A stretch of 64,000 nt of DNA. Origin: Eledone cirrhosa (Eukaryota). A program made the translations under genes and the position numbers. Every line of letters begins with the position of its first letter. Position 1 is the first letter of the stretch. Below are positions 1 through 13,680 of the stretch, piece by piece. The notes beneath the pieces are model-generated. The model was not told the DNA's origin and did not search any database. It saw only the letters and a list, made by a program, of their open reading frames with translations. The stretch spans positions 29,822,001 to 29,886,000 of the forward strand of contig OZ024750.1 of assembly GCA_964016885.1 (NCBI GenBank), written 5' to 3'.

Positions 1-101
1 AAATGGAGTGTGATTCAGACAGACAGACAGACAGACTGACAGGCAGTCCGACAGATAGAGAAATTAGGGAACAAAGAATCAGTGTTGCATGTGTGTGCGT
101 C

Positions 102-144
<43 letters not shown>

Positions 145-275
145 TATATAGAGAGAGAGCCTCTTTTCCTGCTATTTCAAGCGTTAAACTAATGTATTTC
201 TTCAATGTAGTGTGTCGTTTGCTTTGTTATTTCTGTTTACTTTTTGCACACCCACACCCACCCACCCACACACAC

Positions 276-356
<81 letters not shown>

Positions 357-373
357 TGTATGTATGTATGTAT

Positions 374-990
374 GTCAGGTCACCAGTTGGTGCTACTGGT
401 AACATGTATCCCAGTACAACCTGTCCCATGGTCGGGTCGTTGGCGACTAAACTGGCAACCCCACCAAGGTTTCTTGGTGAGGAGGGTGACTTTGGACATC
501 CTGCAGGACTAAAAACAAAACCTGTCAAAGGGCAAAGGAGCTCTTAAGAGTCAATGGCCATCCAAAATCACCGGGAGAGATGACCCCTTAGCCTTTGTCA
601 AGGCAGAATTCTAGGAGAAGGAAAACTCTGATATAACACCTGCAACCCTGATGGTATCCAATGATGTTGACTTGTTCTTCTTTTTGGTAAATATCATCTT
701 GGTTAAGAGAGTGGGACTGGCTTTGTGCAGTGCCTTTGCTCACTATAAAAGCTTCACGGCACAGGCATTGCTTTATATCTGGAGATCTCTCTCCACTTGT
801 CGTCACATGGTACCATGGGCCCAGCACTATGTGTCAGTAATTGTCACAAGTGTAGTGTTTGTACCAGAGTTTTCAAGTCGCTGGCTGGACTAAAAAGTCA
901 CACTCGTTCAGCGCATCGGTAGGGGTTCTCCTACATGGATATAAAGTAGTGGCCGTACTCGAAAACGAGTTGGCAGCCACCATGTATGTA
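374..990 (+). mobile_element. RTE-derived non-autonomous retroelement (bipartite/SINE-like), longest copy, (TATG)n tail
   Basis: Near-identical to 40521-40920 (+) and 62038-62446 (-). Its 3' part encodes a C2H2 finger CSVCTRVFKSLAGLKSHTRSAH* (851-922) like RTE ORF C-termini, and it ends GGCAGCCACC(ATGT)n. Confidence 0.75.
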
Positions 991-1097
991 TGTATATTGT
1001 AAATATATGTATGTATGTATGTATGTATATTGTAAATATATATATATATGTATGTATGTATATTGTAAATATATATATATATATATTTACAATATAC

Positions 1098-1154
<57 letters not shown>

Positions 1155-1157
<3 letters not shown>

Positions 1158-1358
1158 AAAAGTTCAAGACCCCAACGGTAGAGCTCAAGCCATTTCTACG
1201 GGTATTTCTGGAAATAGCCGTCCAGAAATAGCCGTCGAAACGACTTGCGCTCTGTCGTCGGGGTCTTGAACTTTTTCCTATTACCCACTCTACTACCCTA
1301 AGTATTGAATACTCTGGTGTGTTATGGTCCATCTGGTTCCTTACCACACTTCCTTCGT
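1155..1358 (+). mobile_element. Family B fold-back mini-element (Penelope-like pLTR fragment with 3' half of a hammerhead)
   Basis: Inverted arms around ~1210, flanked by (TA)n. Same sequence at 4203, 6390, 7815, 12779, 19567 and 20357. Confidence 0.75.
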
Positions 1359-1380
1359 TATATATATATATATATATATA

Positions 1381-1503
1381 AGTTTATCCCGGGTTCAATC
1401 GGGGGGTAACCACAGTAAGTAAGGTACTCAATACAAGGAGTATAAATATTTAATATAGAAAAGGCTTCTACAGGACTAGAACTGTTTCATTCGGGAGAAA
1501 TCA
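1381..1503 (-). mobile_element. Family A mini-element, hammerhead truncated in its core
   Basis: Reverse complement reads TGATTTCTCCCGAATGAAACAGTTCTAGTCCTGTAGAAGC. Matches 5070-5210 and 20119-20303; flanked by (TA)n. Confidence 0.7.
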
Positions 1504-1513
1504 TATATATACA

Positions 1514-2859
1514 CTAGCTGGATGACCCGGTGTTGCCCGGGTTACTGCTTTTTTTTTTATTCAGATTAGTAAACAATAAATATGAAGATATATTTTTTTC
1601 TCATAATTATTTCAAAATATCTAGATTTTATTAAAAAAAATATATATATAAAAATTGTAATGAAAATAGAATTTAGAAATGAAAATCTGTCCATCTTGAA
1701 GTACCTCATGGTAAACAATATTTATTGTGTAATTTTTTGTTGGTGTGCAAATAAATTGTTGCTGCTTCCAACTCGTGAGCAACCAATATAGAGTTGATCG
1801 TGGGAGAAACTTATAGTAGAGAGATCAAGTCCAACTAGCTTGAGATTTGTTAATTGAAATAACAAAACTTATTTTGACTGGAAACTGAAGCCTCTTAATT
1901 TCAAATGGAACAGCTGTAGGTATGAGAGGAATTTTAAGAACAAAGACATTTTTTTCAATATTGTAAACAAATAAGTATCAACATCCAAAAGAAATATATA
2001 TTCATTATTATTTTTGTATGCAGTGTAAATTAACCAACTATCAGCAAATGTATTAATTGTTAATTTAACGAACAGACACATATACGCTGACATAAACATA
2101 CACTTATAAAATCACATACAGACATACATTCATACAAATACACACAGAGTTTCACCCACGAAGAGACACACATACACTCACACAAACATACACTTATAAA
2201 AAAACACACAGAGATTCACCCACGAACAGACACACATACACTCATACAAACTTATAAAAAACACACATAGACAAACGCTCATACAACCCCTCCCCCCAGC
2301 GATTGTTATGTAAGTCGTCATAGAAATGTATGTATACTCACACACACACATACACTATCACATACACTATCACAAACACTCACACACATATACTTGTCAG
2401 TAATCACATGTGAAGATGTGTGTTTAATTCTCTGTGTATCTGATTAAATATCTACGTGAAGATGTATGTGTGTGTAACTTACTAAGGCCTAACGTACGTA
2501 ACGAACGCGTAAACACACACTCACATACCCACTCATATACAAAATGTGACGTCGTCGCCATCGTAGTATAGTTGACTATACTCTTTTACTCTTTTACCTG
2601 TTCCAGCCATCCGGCTGAGGCCATGCTGGGGCACCGACTATAGAAAGATTATTAAAGATAATTAATTATTAAAGATTATTAAAGATATTAAGATAAAATG
2701 ATATATTGTTTTAATCCAAATAAAAATAAAAATTACATGTTGTTAATCCCGGGGTCTAATACTCGGGGTTAATCCCGGGGTATTACTTTGTAAAATTTGA
2801 TTTGGTTCGGTCGAGCCATTTGAGAATGTATAAGGAAACAGACTGAGAGACAAGGAATT

Positions 2860-2865
<6 letters not shown>
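1514..2865 (-). mobile_element. Non-autonomous Helitron-like element
   Basis: The minus-strand 3' end has hairpin CCCGG-gcaaca-CCGGG then CTAG|T (1514-1541). The other end has AAACAGACTGAGAGAC...TTTTATATAT typical of Lep1-like Helitrons. Internal ~70-bp CACTTATAAAA..CACCCACG repeats at 2070-2280. Confidence 0.55.
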
Positions 2866-2896
<31 letters not shown>

Positions 2897-3010
2897 TGTA
2901 TGTATGTATGTATGTATGTATGTATGTTCTTCTGGTTTTATAATTTCACAAAGTTTTACCAATAGAGAGAGAGTCGGTTTCTAACATAGACCTGCATTAC
3001 AAATTCAAAC

Positions 3011-3063
<53 letters not shown>

Positions 3064-3192
3064 TATGAGTACTCTGCATCGAGGATAGTTTTAACGTTCA
3101 GCCTTGTTTGACTCAACAAGAAGTTTCCTTAGTCGTGGTGTTCGGGTGGCCGATTCAAAACAGTTCCTAGGTTAGCGGTTCTTGGAATAATA

Positions 3193-3469
3193 ATAGTAAA
3201 TGAGTGAAGACTAACATGGATCGGCTGTACAATAGGGTTTATTCAAGGTATTAACAAATGTTTCATTAGTCTGGTGTGTTTAAAAATCGCTGTTCGCAGA
3301 ATGCTACTTCACTCGATTTTAATTACAATAGATACCCGGAACAAATCGAGTGAGGTAGCATTCTACAAACACCGGTTTTTAGACACACCAGACCAATGAA
3401 ACATCTGTTAATACCTTGAATAAACCCTATTGTGTAGCCAATCCATGTTATTCTTCACTCATTTACTAT
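3193..3469. repeat. Fold-back inverted repeat (~125-bp arms, ~25-bp spacer) in a TA-flanked element
   Basis: 3193-3318 is an imperfect reverse complement of 3343-3469. Confidence 0.85.
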
Positions 3470-4134
3470 ATATATACCAAAGATATCAATCAATTCAAAA
3501 TATTTATTTTAGAACAATTGTTTCGATTAATGAAGATTACACTGAAGATTAGTTAAGAGCGGTAAAATAATTTGGTTTTACGTGTGTGTGTGTGTGTGTG
3601 TGTGTGTACACGCTTGTCTGCATGTCTACACGCATGTGTGTGTGTCTACACGCATGTGTGTGTGTCTACACGCATGTGTGTGGGGGGCGGTTGTGTGTGT
3701 ATGTGTGTGTGTGTGTGTGTGTGTGTTTCTGTGTCTACACGCGTGAGTGTGTGTGTGGTGTATGTCTGTCTATTTAGAGAGAGAGAGAGAGAAATATGTA
3801 GACAGCTAGATATATAGATATCATCATCATCGTCATCATTGTCACCACTATCAGCAACATTTTACACCCATTATTCGACATAGCATGCCAGGTAGTTTCA
3901 TACTGATTGCAGATGATTTGATCGGTGATAACATATCTCTACATCTACACGACGATCTTCAGGCTTTAAGTTTACAATAATTAGAATTAGGGTTTCATGA
4001 CAAAGACCTATGAAATGTTTATCGAGTAAACAATTATAATTTTGGATGTTTTGATTCTTAACCTCGGCTGAGTTCAAAATCCCATTTGCATTGTTGAGGC
4101 TTCCAAAATGAAAAAAAAAATTTAAAAAAATAAA

Positions 4135-4202
<68 letters not shown>

Positions 4203-4205
<3 letters not shown>

Positions 4206-4331
4206 AACAAGTATGACCCCATGACCCCGACGGCAGAGCTCAAGCCGTTTCGACGGCTAATTCTGGACTAAGAAAAAAAAAAAAAAAAAAAAAAAAATGG
4301 TCCATCTGGTTCCTTACCACATTTCCTTCGT
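4203..4331. mobile_element. Family B mini-element, rearranged with an internal poly-A
   Basis: GACCCCGACGGCAGAGCTCAAGCCGTTTCGACGGC is joined via poly-A to TGGTCCATCTGGTTCCTTACCAC; flanked by (TA)n. Confidence 0.7.
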
Positions 4332-4355
4332 TATATATATATATATGTGTGTGTG

Positions 4356-4457
<102 letters not shown>

Positions 4458-5069
4458 AAACAGGGGTTGTGTAGTTGCTGGATAAGGTGTACTTATAAAT
4501 AAGAGGAAAGCACGAACGAACGGTAGAAAATGTTCCTTCATCAGTTGTCTGCTGTGTATCATGGATATTTCTACGCATTAAAGACCAGATATCTAGCTCC
4601 AGTGCGTCAGTAACTAAAGGGAGAGAGAGAAAAATATATATAACAGAAGGGAAAAGGGAAGAAAAAGTTAAAAAAAACAGCGAAAAATAAAAACGGATAA
4701 CAATAAACCGAGGAGGGACACCCGAAGCACATGTGTGTAAGCAACCCGAAGAGAGAGAAACAAATTAAAGTCGACATCAACTATTGAACTGAAGTCCGAG
4801 GCTGTGTGGACGAGAGAAAAAACACGTCTGGCCTCCGCAAGAGTAAGTGAGAAAGAAACAGCTAGAGGAACAGGCGAGAGAAACAGTGAAGTGGCTAGCA
4901 GAGAGAGGGAAAGTGAAAGTGAGAGGGAGAAAGGGAGGGAAAGAAAGAAAGGAGAAGAGTTGACAGCAACAAAATAGAGAGGGAGAAAGAGAGAACAGGT
5001 CACAGCAATATATATATATATATTGCTGTGGCCTCTTCTCTCTTTCTCCCTCTCTATTTTGATTCTGAT

Positions 5070-5118
5070 GATTCCTGATGATTTCTCAAGAATGAAACAG
5101 TTCTAGTCCTGTAGAATC
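5070..5118 (+). ncRNA. Type I hammerhead ribozyme motif (family A)
   Basis: GATTC-CTGATGA-TTTCTCAAGAAT-GAAA-CAG ttctagtc CTG-TA^GAATC: stem I GAUUC/GAAUC, stem III CAG/CUG, GUA cleavage triplet. Confidence 0.75.
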
Positions 5119-5208
5119 TCATCTATATTAAAACTTTTATACTCTGCTATGTATTGAGTACCTTACTTACTTACTGTGGTTACCTCTGATTCAACCCAGA
5201 ATAACTTA

Positions 5209-5256
<48 letters not shown>

Positions 5257-5319
5257 CACACACATATAACTCTGGTGAACATACAGTAACTGGACGTTAC
5301 ATTTCCTAGATAAATATAT

Positions 5320-5364
<45 letters not shown>

Positions 5365-5373
5365 TATATGTAT

Positions 5374-5491
<118 letters not shown>

Positions 5492-5606
5492 AGTTATACT
5501 TTGGGAGGGTCATACTGCGAATAAAAACACACGCATCTGTTGGTTTTCACTTCAACTTATTATAAATTTCCGGTTGGTTCGATAACCGAATGGTTGTTTA
5601 TATATT

Positions 5607-5649
5607 GTCAAAGCTCTTTCGTCACGCATTCTGTGACCTCCTCAGTGAC
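5607..5649 (-). ncRNA. Minimal type I hammerhead motif (family E)
   Basis: GTCA-CTGAGGA-G-GTCAC agaatgc GTGAC-GAAA-GAGC-TT^TGAC. Confidence 0.7.
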
Positions 5650-5679
5650 CAGGTTTTTATATTGTGTCTCTCATTTATC

Positions 5680-6052
5680 GGTAGAGGGTTGGACACGCTT
5701 TCCAGAATAGTTACGGCCGAGGTTAACTTTGCCTTTCATCCTTACGGGGTCGATAAAATAAAGTACCAGTAATGTACTGATTAAATTGCTGGCCTTGTGC
5801 GTAAAATAGAAACAATTATTATTAATAATACGAAAAGTGCTCTCAATACATTAGAAACAACACCAAAAGGCAACACTGCATATACCCAAGGCACAGATAG
5901 CTATGCTCGGTTACGCAGTAACAAGACGCAATAACAATAATAATATTAATAATAATTGTTTCTACTTTAGGCACAAGGCCAGCAATCACCCAGTGTATTA
6001 CTGGTACTTTTATTTTATCGACCAGGTAAGGATGAAAGGCAAAGTGAACCTC
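5680..6052. mobile_element. Two Nin-domain tRNA-SINE copies, tail to tail
   Basis: GCCTTTCATCCTTACGGGGTCGATAAAATAAAGTACCAGT core on + (~5730) and on - (~6000-6050). Confidence 0.75.
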
Positions 6053-6245
6053 GTAATAATAGTATATATTATATATCATTAGTGTTTATATACTTCAATG
6101 AACCAAAGGTGAGGGGTGGGGGATGAGGGGAGCCCGAACAGAATCGTTCGACCTGCAGGAAATAGCTGTCACATTCCGCCATATCACACACGGCAGTCTG
6201 AAATCAAAACATGAAAAGGAATATCACATTGTATCACACACATAC

Positions 6246-6294
<49 letters not shown>

Positions 6295-6300
6295 TATATA

Positions 6301-6389
<89 letters not shown>

Positions 6390-6390
<1 letters not shown>

Positions 6391-6597
6391 ACGAAAGAAT
6401 TGTGGTAAGGAACCAGATGGACCATAACGCACCAGAGTACTCATTACTTAGGGTAGTAGAGTGGGTAATAGGAAAAAGTATGACCCCGACGGCAGAGCTC
6501 AAGCCGTTTCGACGGCTATTTCTGGACTCTATCTCTATCTATGTCCAGAAATAGCCGTCGAAACGGCTTGAGCTCTGTCGTCGGGGTCATACTTTTT

Positions 6598-6600
<3 letters not shown>
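6390..6600. mobile_element. Family B fold-back mini-element
   Basis: Arms 6470-6527 and 6543-6600 around loop TCTATCTCTATCTAT; (TA)n on both sides. Confidence 0.8.
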
Positions 6601-6638
<38 letters not shown>

Positions 6639-6774
6639 TTGTGTGTGTGTGTGTATAAATATATATATATATATAATAAATAATTCATATCTAGTAACAT
6701 ATATATATACATACAGATGCATATCAATGCTAGCAAATATATAGGTTTTGTTTTTATATATATATATATATGTA

Positions 6775-7178
6775 AAAGTTCTATTTAAATTGTTGGGATA
6801 CAACAAGCAACTATTTTTATAACTGATATAAAGCACTCAACAAATATTTGGAGTAAAAATATGATATTAACAAATGGAAACTATATTTATAAAACCATAT
6901 TAATTTCATTATACATATTTCAAGGACACCAAGTTAAATTATGGTGTGCTTTCATCAGATAAAATATAATATAGATCAGTTTTATAAATAAATATTGACA
7001 TACCCTTAAAGAATGCAACCATTACTGTTGGAAGCTCCCGGATAAAACTGATCTATATTATATTTTATAAAACTGTTTTATATTATATTTTATCTGATAA
7101 AAGCACACCATAATTTAACTTGGTGTCCTTGAAATATGTATAATGAAATAAATATGGTTTTATAAATATAGTTTCCAT

Positions 7179-7190
<12 letters not shown>
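6775..7190. mobile_element. Family C fold-back mini-element with a hammerhead on each arm
   Basis: Minus 6904-6964: TTTTAT-CTGATGA-AAG c ACACCA..TGGTGT c CTT-GAAA-TATGTA-TA^ATGAAA. The plus copy at 7088-7148 has the core mutated to CTGATAA. Confidence 0.7.
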
Positions 7191-7261
<71 letters not shown>

Positions 7262-7301
7262 CAAAATGTTAACAAATGAAAAATATTCGCATAATCAAAA
7301 T

Positions 7302-7370
7302 ATATACTTTATTATATATATTTCAAAGGTACTGTGATGTTTCAGTACGTTTTCATCAGACAAAATATAT
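7302..7370 (-). ncRNA. Type I hammerhead motif (family C-like)
   Basis: ATATATTTTGT-CTGATGA-AAA c GTACTG aaacatca CAGTAC c TTT-GAAA-TATATA-TA^ATAAAGTATAT; 11-bp stem I including G-U pairs. Confidence 0.75.
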
Positions 7371-7433
7371 GATTTGATATATGACATACCATTACGGTCT
7401 TGATTATTCAATTCCAGTACTGGTATATATGTT

Positions 7434-7488
<55 letters not shown>

Positions 7489-7703
7489 TTTTATAAATAT
7501 AGTTTCCATTTGTTAATATATTGTATATTTACTCCACTAACTTGTTGAGTGCTTTATATCAGTTATAAAAATTAAGCTTGTTGAATATATATATATATAT
7601 ATATACACCTGTATATGTGTGTGCGTTTATGCATCTATCTATATCTATATATACATACACACGCATATATACACACATACACACACACACATATATCTAT
7701 ACA

Positions 7704-8023
<320 letters not shown>

Positions 8024-8083
8024 TATATATATATATATATATACAGTATATATATATATATATACAGTATATATATATATACA

Positions 8084-8182
<99 letters not shown>

Positions 8183-8311
8183 TATATATATATATATATA
8201 TACTGTATATATATATATACTGTATATATATATATACTGTATATATATATACTGTATATATATATATTTATATATATATATACTGTATATATATATATAT
8301 ATATATATATA

Positions 8312-8377
<66 letters not shown>

Positions 8378-8944
8378 TATATATATATATACAGTATATA
8401 TACAGTATATATATATATATATATATACAGTATATATATACAGTATATATATATATATATATATACAGTATATATACAGTATATATATATATACAGTATA
8501 TATACAGTATATATATATATATATATATATATAAAGTGCAGTTCTAGGTGAGGTGGATGTCTGAAAGTCGTTCTGTGATCCGAGCTAGGTCTGCTTGATC
8601 TGAGCTGGCCGAGATGTAGACAATAGCATCAACAGTATCTGGCAACTCAATCATACATCAAACTTCAAATACGACAACAATTGAACATCTACAAAACAAC
8701 TACAACTACTACAATAACAACTACTACAATAACAACGACAGTAACAACAACAACAATAAACAAACAAGGAAACAAAGCTAAAAACCAGCAACAATAAAAA
8801 CAACAATAAGAACAATTACCATAACAATAACAACACTAACAACAACAACAACAACAATAAACAAATAAAGCTCAAAGCCAGCAACAATAACAAAACTAAC
8901 AAAATCCTACAAAACAACTAAAACAAACAGAATATATAGTATAT

Positions 8945-10521
8945 AGTACACAGTACACAGTACTGTGTACCGTGTACTCTACACTGTGTACTGTATACTG
9001 TGTACCGTATATTGTACACTGTGTACTGTATACTGTGTACCGTGTACTCTACACTGTGTACTGTATACTGTGTACCGTGTACTCTACACTGTGTACTGTA
9101 TACTGTGTACCGTGTACTCTACACTGTGTACTGTATACTGTGTACCGTATATTGTACACTGTGTACTGTATACTGTGTACCGTGTACTGTACACTGTGTA
9201 CTCTACACTGTGTACTGTATACTGTACTGTATACTGTGTACCGTGTACTGTACACTGTGTACGGTGTACTGTACACTGCATACTGTGTACTGTACACTAC
9301 TGTATACTGTACACTGTGTACTCTATACTGTACACTGTGTACTGTGTACTCTATACTGTGTACTGTGTACTCTATACTGTGTACTGTACACTGTGTACTG
9401 TATACTGTACACTGCATACTGTGTACTGTACACTGTACACTGTGTACTCTATACTGTACACTGCGTACTATGTACTGTACACTCTATACTGTGCACTGTG
9501 TACTCTACACCGTGTACTGTGTACTCTATACTGTACACTGCGTACTATGTACTGTACACTCTATACTGTGTACTGTGTACTCTACACCGTGTACTGTGTA
9601 CTCTATACTGTACACTGTGTACTGTGTACTGTACACTCTATACTGTGTACTGTGTACTCTACACCGTGTACTGTGTACTCTATACTGTACACTGTGTACT
9701 GTGTACTGTACACTCTATACTGTGTACTGTGTACTCTACACCGTGTACTGTGTACTCTATACTGTACACTGTGTACTGTGTACTGTACACTCTATACTGT
9801 GTACTGTGTACTCTACACCGTGTACTGTGTACTCTATACTGTGTACTGTATACTGTACACTGTGTACTGTGTACTCTATAATGTGTACTGTATACTGTAC
9901 ACAATACACAGTATACAGTACACAGTACACAGTATGCAGTGTACAGTACACGGTACACAGTGTACAGTACAGTATACAGTACACAGTACACAGTATACAG
10001 TACACAGTGTACAGTACACAGTACACAGTACACAATACACAGTGTACAGTATAGAGTACACAGTATACAGTACAGTACACGGTACACAGTATACAGTACA
10101 GTATACAGTACACAGTGTACAGTCCACAGTACACAGTACACGGTGTAGAGTACACAGTACACAGTATAGAGTACACAGTATACAGTACAGTACACGGTAC
10201 ACAGTATACAGTACAGTATACAGTACACAGTGTACAGTCCACAGTACACAGTACACGGTGTAGAGTACACAGTATAGAGTACACAGTACACAGTGTACAG
10301 TATAGAGTACACAGTATACAGTACAGTACACGGTACACAGTATACAGTACACAGTATGCAGTACACAATACACAGTATACAGTACAGTATACAGTACACA
10401 GTACACAGTACACAGTACACAATACACAGTGTACAGTACAGTATACAGTACACAGTACACAGTACACAATACACAGTACACAGTACACAGTACACAATAC
10501 ACAGTGTACAGTACACAGTAC
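8945..10521. repeat. Complex TGTAC/TACAG-based minisatellite with an internal strand switch
   Basis: ACTGTGT/ACTGT units up to ~9895, then the reverse-complement ACACAGT/ACAGT units. Confidence 0.9.
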
Positions 10522-10725
10522 GCAGAACATGGGACGCTTCATTTATTTGGTTCTTAAATGACAATAGTTGGGATCAAACGTGGCTGTCTGGTTGGGTGGT
10601 TCCCTTCTCATGTACGTTGTTTTGGGTTCAATCCCTTGGTACGGCGACATCTTGTGAAAGAGTCTTCTACCATAGATAGACAGATGGATGAATGGATAGA
10701 CAGATAGACATATAGACATATGTCT

Positions 10726-10842
<117 letters not shown>

Positions 10843-10871
10843 GGGGTGGGTAGAGATAGATAGATAGATAA

Positions 10872-11004
10872 GTATTTGTAAAACATGCCAAACTAGCATA
10901 TACCTTTCTAGGTCCTCGGAGTTTCCCGAAACAGCAATAACATCAGCTTGCTTCGGGAAACTCCGAGGACCTAGAAAAGTATTTGTCAGTTTGGCATGTG
11001 TTTT
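10872..11004. repeat. Fold-back inverted repeat
   Basis: TTTCTAGGTCCTCGGAGTTTCCCGAA ... TTCGGGAAACTCCGAGGACCTAGAAA, extended imperfectly by CATGCCAAACT/AGTTTGGCATG. Confidence 0.85.
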
Positions 11005-11008
11005 AGAT

Positions 11009-11360
11009 AATTGTTTCTACTTTAGGCACAAGGCCAGCAATTACCCAGTGCATTACTGGTACTTTATTTTATCGACCCCGTAAGGATGAAAGGCAAAGTC
11101 AACCTTGGCGGGATTTGAACTTAGATCGTAAAGGGACTGTGTTTTAGATAATATAGTATAATAGGGTCGGACGATATGCTTTGCAGCTTAGAGTTACAGC
11201 CCTTTATGATCTGAGTTCAAATCCCGCCGAGGTTAACTTTGCCTTTCATCCTTACGGGGTCAATAACATAAAGTACCAGTCACGCACTGGGGTCGATTTA
11301 ATCGACTTTCCCTTCCCCCAACATTGCTGGCCTTGTGCCCATATAAGAAACCAATATAAT
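11009..11360. mobile_element. Two Nin-domain SINEs, head to head
   Basis: Nin core on - (11009-11135) and on + (11165-11360) with B-box GAGTTCAAATCC. Confidence 0.75.
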
Positions 11361-11404
11361 ATATACATATTCATATTTACATACACATATCCATGTGTGT
11401 GTAT

Positions 11405-11650
11405 GGAGGCACGTGGCCTAGCGGTACGGAGGTTGGATTTACGATCATAAGGTATGGGTTCAATTCCTGGATTGTGTGTTGTGTTTCACCTTGCTCCAGT
11501 ATACTCAGCTAAAAATGAGTACCAGCAAACAGCTTGGGGTTTAACCCTGCGATGGACTGGCCTCCTGTCCAGAGAGGGGTCTTGTACTCTCAGTCGCTTC
11601 ACGCCATGAAACCGACCGAATGAGCCTTCTGGCTTAAGACTGACTTTATA
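11405..11650 (+). mobile_element. tRNA-derived SINE, second family
   Basis: A-box TGGCCTAGCGG and B-box GGTTCAATTCC. Related tRNA heads at 15545-15655, 28670-28780, 31715, 54635, 55560-55665 and 63420. Confidence 0.6.
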
Positions 11651-11718
11651 TATATATATATATGGTGCCCCAGCATGGCCTCAGCCGGATGGCTGGAACA
11701 GGTAAAAGAGTAAAAGAG

Positions 11719-11753
<35 letters not shown>

Positions 11754-11997
11754 CAATTACAAAAAGTAAGCAGAAATAACATTGCAAGCGACACGGTACA
11801 ATGAAATATATTAGTTTTACACTTGATATAGTAGAACAGGAGTCTTAACGTTTCGGACGCTTGTTCGTCATAAAAAAAAAAAAAATAAAAAAAAAAATAG
11901 AAAGATAGAGGAGAGTGGGCAGGCGCAGACACGAAAACAACTTTCTTCGTGGAAAAAGCATGTCTGTTCATATTGCCATCTCTTGGGAATACGCACG

Positions 11998-12032
<35 letters not shown>

Positions 12033-12314
12033 TTAATATCTGGAAAAAATTAATTATTTAATAGTAAACAGTTTAGAAGGAATGTTCGGAAAACAACGTG
12101 GCGTACATAGCATTAATTAATTAAATCCATATTAGAAAGTATTTCTATCCCTGCCAATAATATTTGGAATATTAAGGGTTATAATCTCTGGGGAGAAGAA
12201 ACGATTTGTAATCCCTAAAGAGAGTAAATACGAATTAAAACACCAAATAACGTAGTTTTTATAGAAACCTTGAAATATTTGGTTAATCTTATTTTCTCTG
12301 CCCCCCCCCCCCCC

Positions 12315-12347
<33 letters not shown>

Positions 12348-12389
12348 CAATATATTAATAAATAGAAACTATATTTATAAAACCATAAT

Positions 12390-12445
12390 TATTTTAATAT
12401 ATATATTTCAAGGCAAATTTTGGTGCGCTTTCATCAGATAAAATA
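12390..12445 (-). ncRNA. Hammerhead motif (family C)
   Basis: TATTTTAT-CTGATGA-AAG c GCA ccaaaatt TGC CTT-GAAA-TATATA-TA^TTAAAATA. Confidence 0.6.
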
Positions 12446-12554
12446 CAAAATTTGTTTTATAAATGTTGACATACCCGCAGAAAAACAACCTTGACGGTTG
12501 GAGGTTCGCTGGATATTTATATATACATATATTATATTATATATACATATATAG

Positions 12555-12740
12555 GGCGGTGGATTGGCAGTATCGGTAGAGGGTCAGACCCCATGCTTCC
12601 AGCATAGTTACGTCCCTTTACGATCTGAGTTCAAATCCCGCCGAGGTTGACTTTGCCTTTCATCCTTACGAGGTCGATAAAATAAAGTACCAGTAATGCA
12701 CTGGGATAATTGATGGCCTTGTGCCAAAAGTAGAAACAAT

Positions 12741-12779
<39 letters not shown>

Positions 12780-12902
12780 CGAAGGAGGTGTAGTAAGGAA
12801 TCAGATGGACCATAACGCACCAGAGTACTCAATACTTAGAGTAGTAGAGTGGGTAATAGACGAAACGGCTTGAGCTCTGCCGTCGGCGTTAAACATTTTC
12901 CT
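12555..12902. mobile_element. Nin-SINE (+, 12555-12742) followed by a family B fold-back (12779-12902)
   Basis: Sequence identity to the other copies in this window. Confidence 0.75.
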
Positions 12903-12924
12903 ATATATATATATATATATATAT

Positions 12925-13211
12925 ATATGGTATGTGTATATGCATTTTTTCTTCTAACTTTAACTTTATACCTAATTGTGTATGGTTGACGATATTTAAT
13001 CGATTTCCACGTGCTATTGAAATGATGGGTAAATATTCTATGGCTGTTGATCGCGAATAAATGGCTAGCGTTTATTTATCTATTATTTCTTCACAGGTGC
13101 CTTTTAATCTTATAGCCTGGTTTAATTGGTTTTTTGTGTGGTTGATTAAGCTAATTGGGAGAGGAAATTGAGTATATATCTTATCAAATGATTCTAAGGA
13201 CATAATTTATA

Positions 13212-13263
<52 letters not shown>

Positions 13264-13680
13264 CAGCCTCTTCTGGCGGGATCGCTTTGGAAAATTAATT
13301 GTCCTATTGAGTTTGTCTCCTGATGAGTTCGATACTCGAGATTTATCCTTAATAGGATATCTCAAAATACGAACGAAACCATGGTAGAGATATAATTACG
13401 GTATGTGCACATTTCTTCTAGCTTTAAATTTATACCTAATTGTGTATGGTTGACGATATATTTGGTCAGTTTCTACATGCTGTTGAAATGTTGGGTAAAT
13501 ACTCTATCGTGGTCAACCACGAAGAGGCTGCTTTCGGTTATTTATCAAATATTTCTTCATATAAGCCTTTATTCTTAGAGCGTGGTCTAATTGATTTTTT
13601 TATATGGTTAATTATGCTAATTGGGAGAGGAAATTGTATATATTTTATCTAATAATTCTAAGGACATGATTTATGATATA
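12925..13680. repeat. Diverged ~280-bp direct repeat (12925-13215 vs 13400-13680)
   Basis: Shared TATACCTAATTGTGTATGGTTGACGATAT ... GCTAATTGGGAGAGGAAATTG ... ATTCTAAGGACAT. Confidence 0.75.

Noticed and set aside
588-893. 79-80-aa ORFs conserved at three loci
   Set aside because: Conservation reflects repeat copies; the meaningful frame is the zinc-finger frame at 815-922.
4520-4550. Minus-strand CTGATGAAGGAAC hammerhead candidate
   Set aside because: No GAAA or cleavage triplet follows; at best a deleted remnant.
13316-13360. CTGATGA hammerhead candidate
   Set aside because: Followed by GAGA rather than GAAA, and no stem I or stem III arrangement can be drawn.
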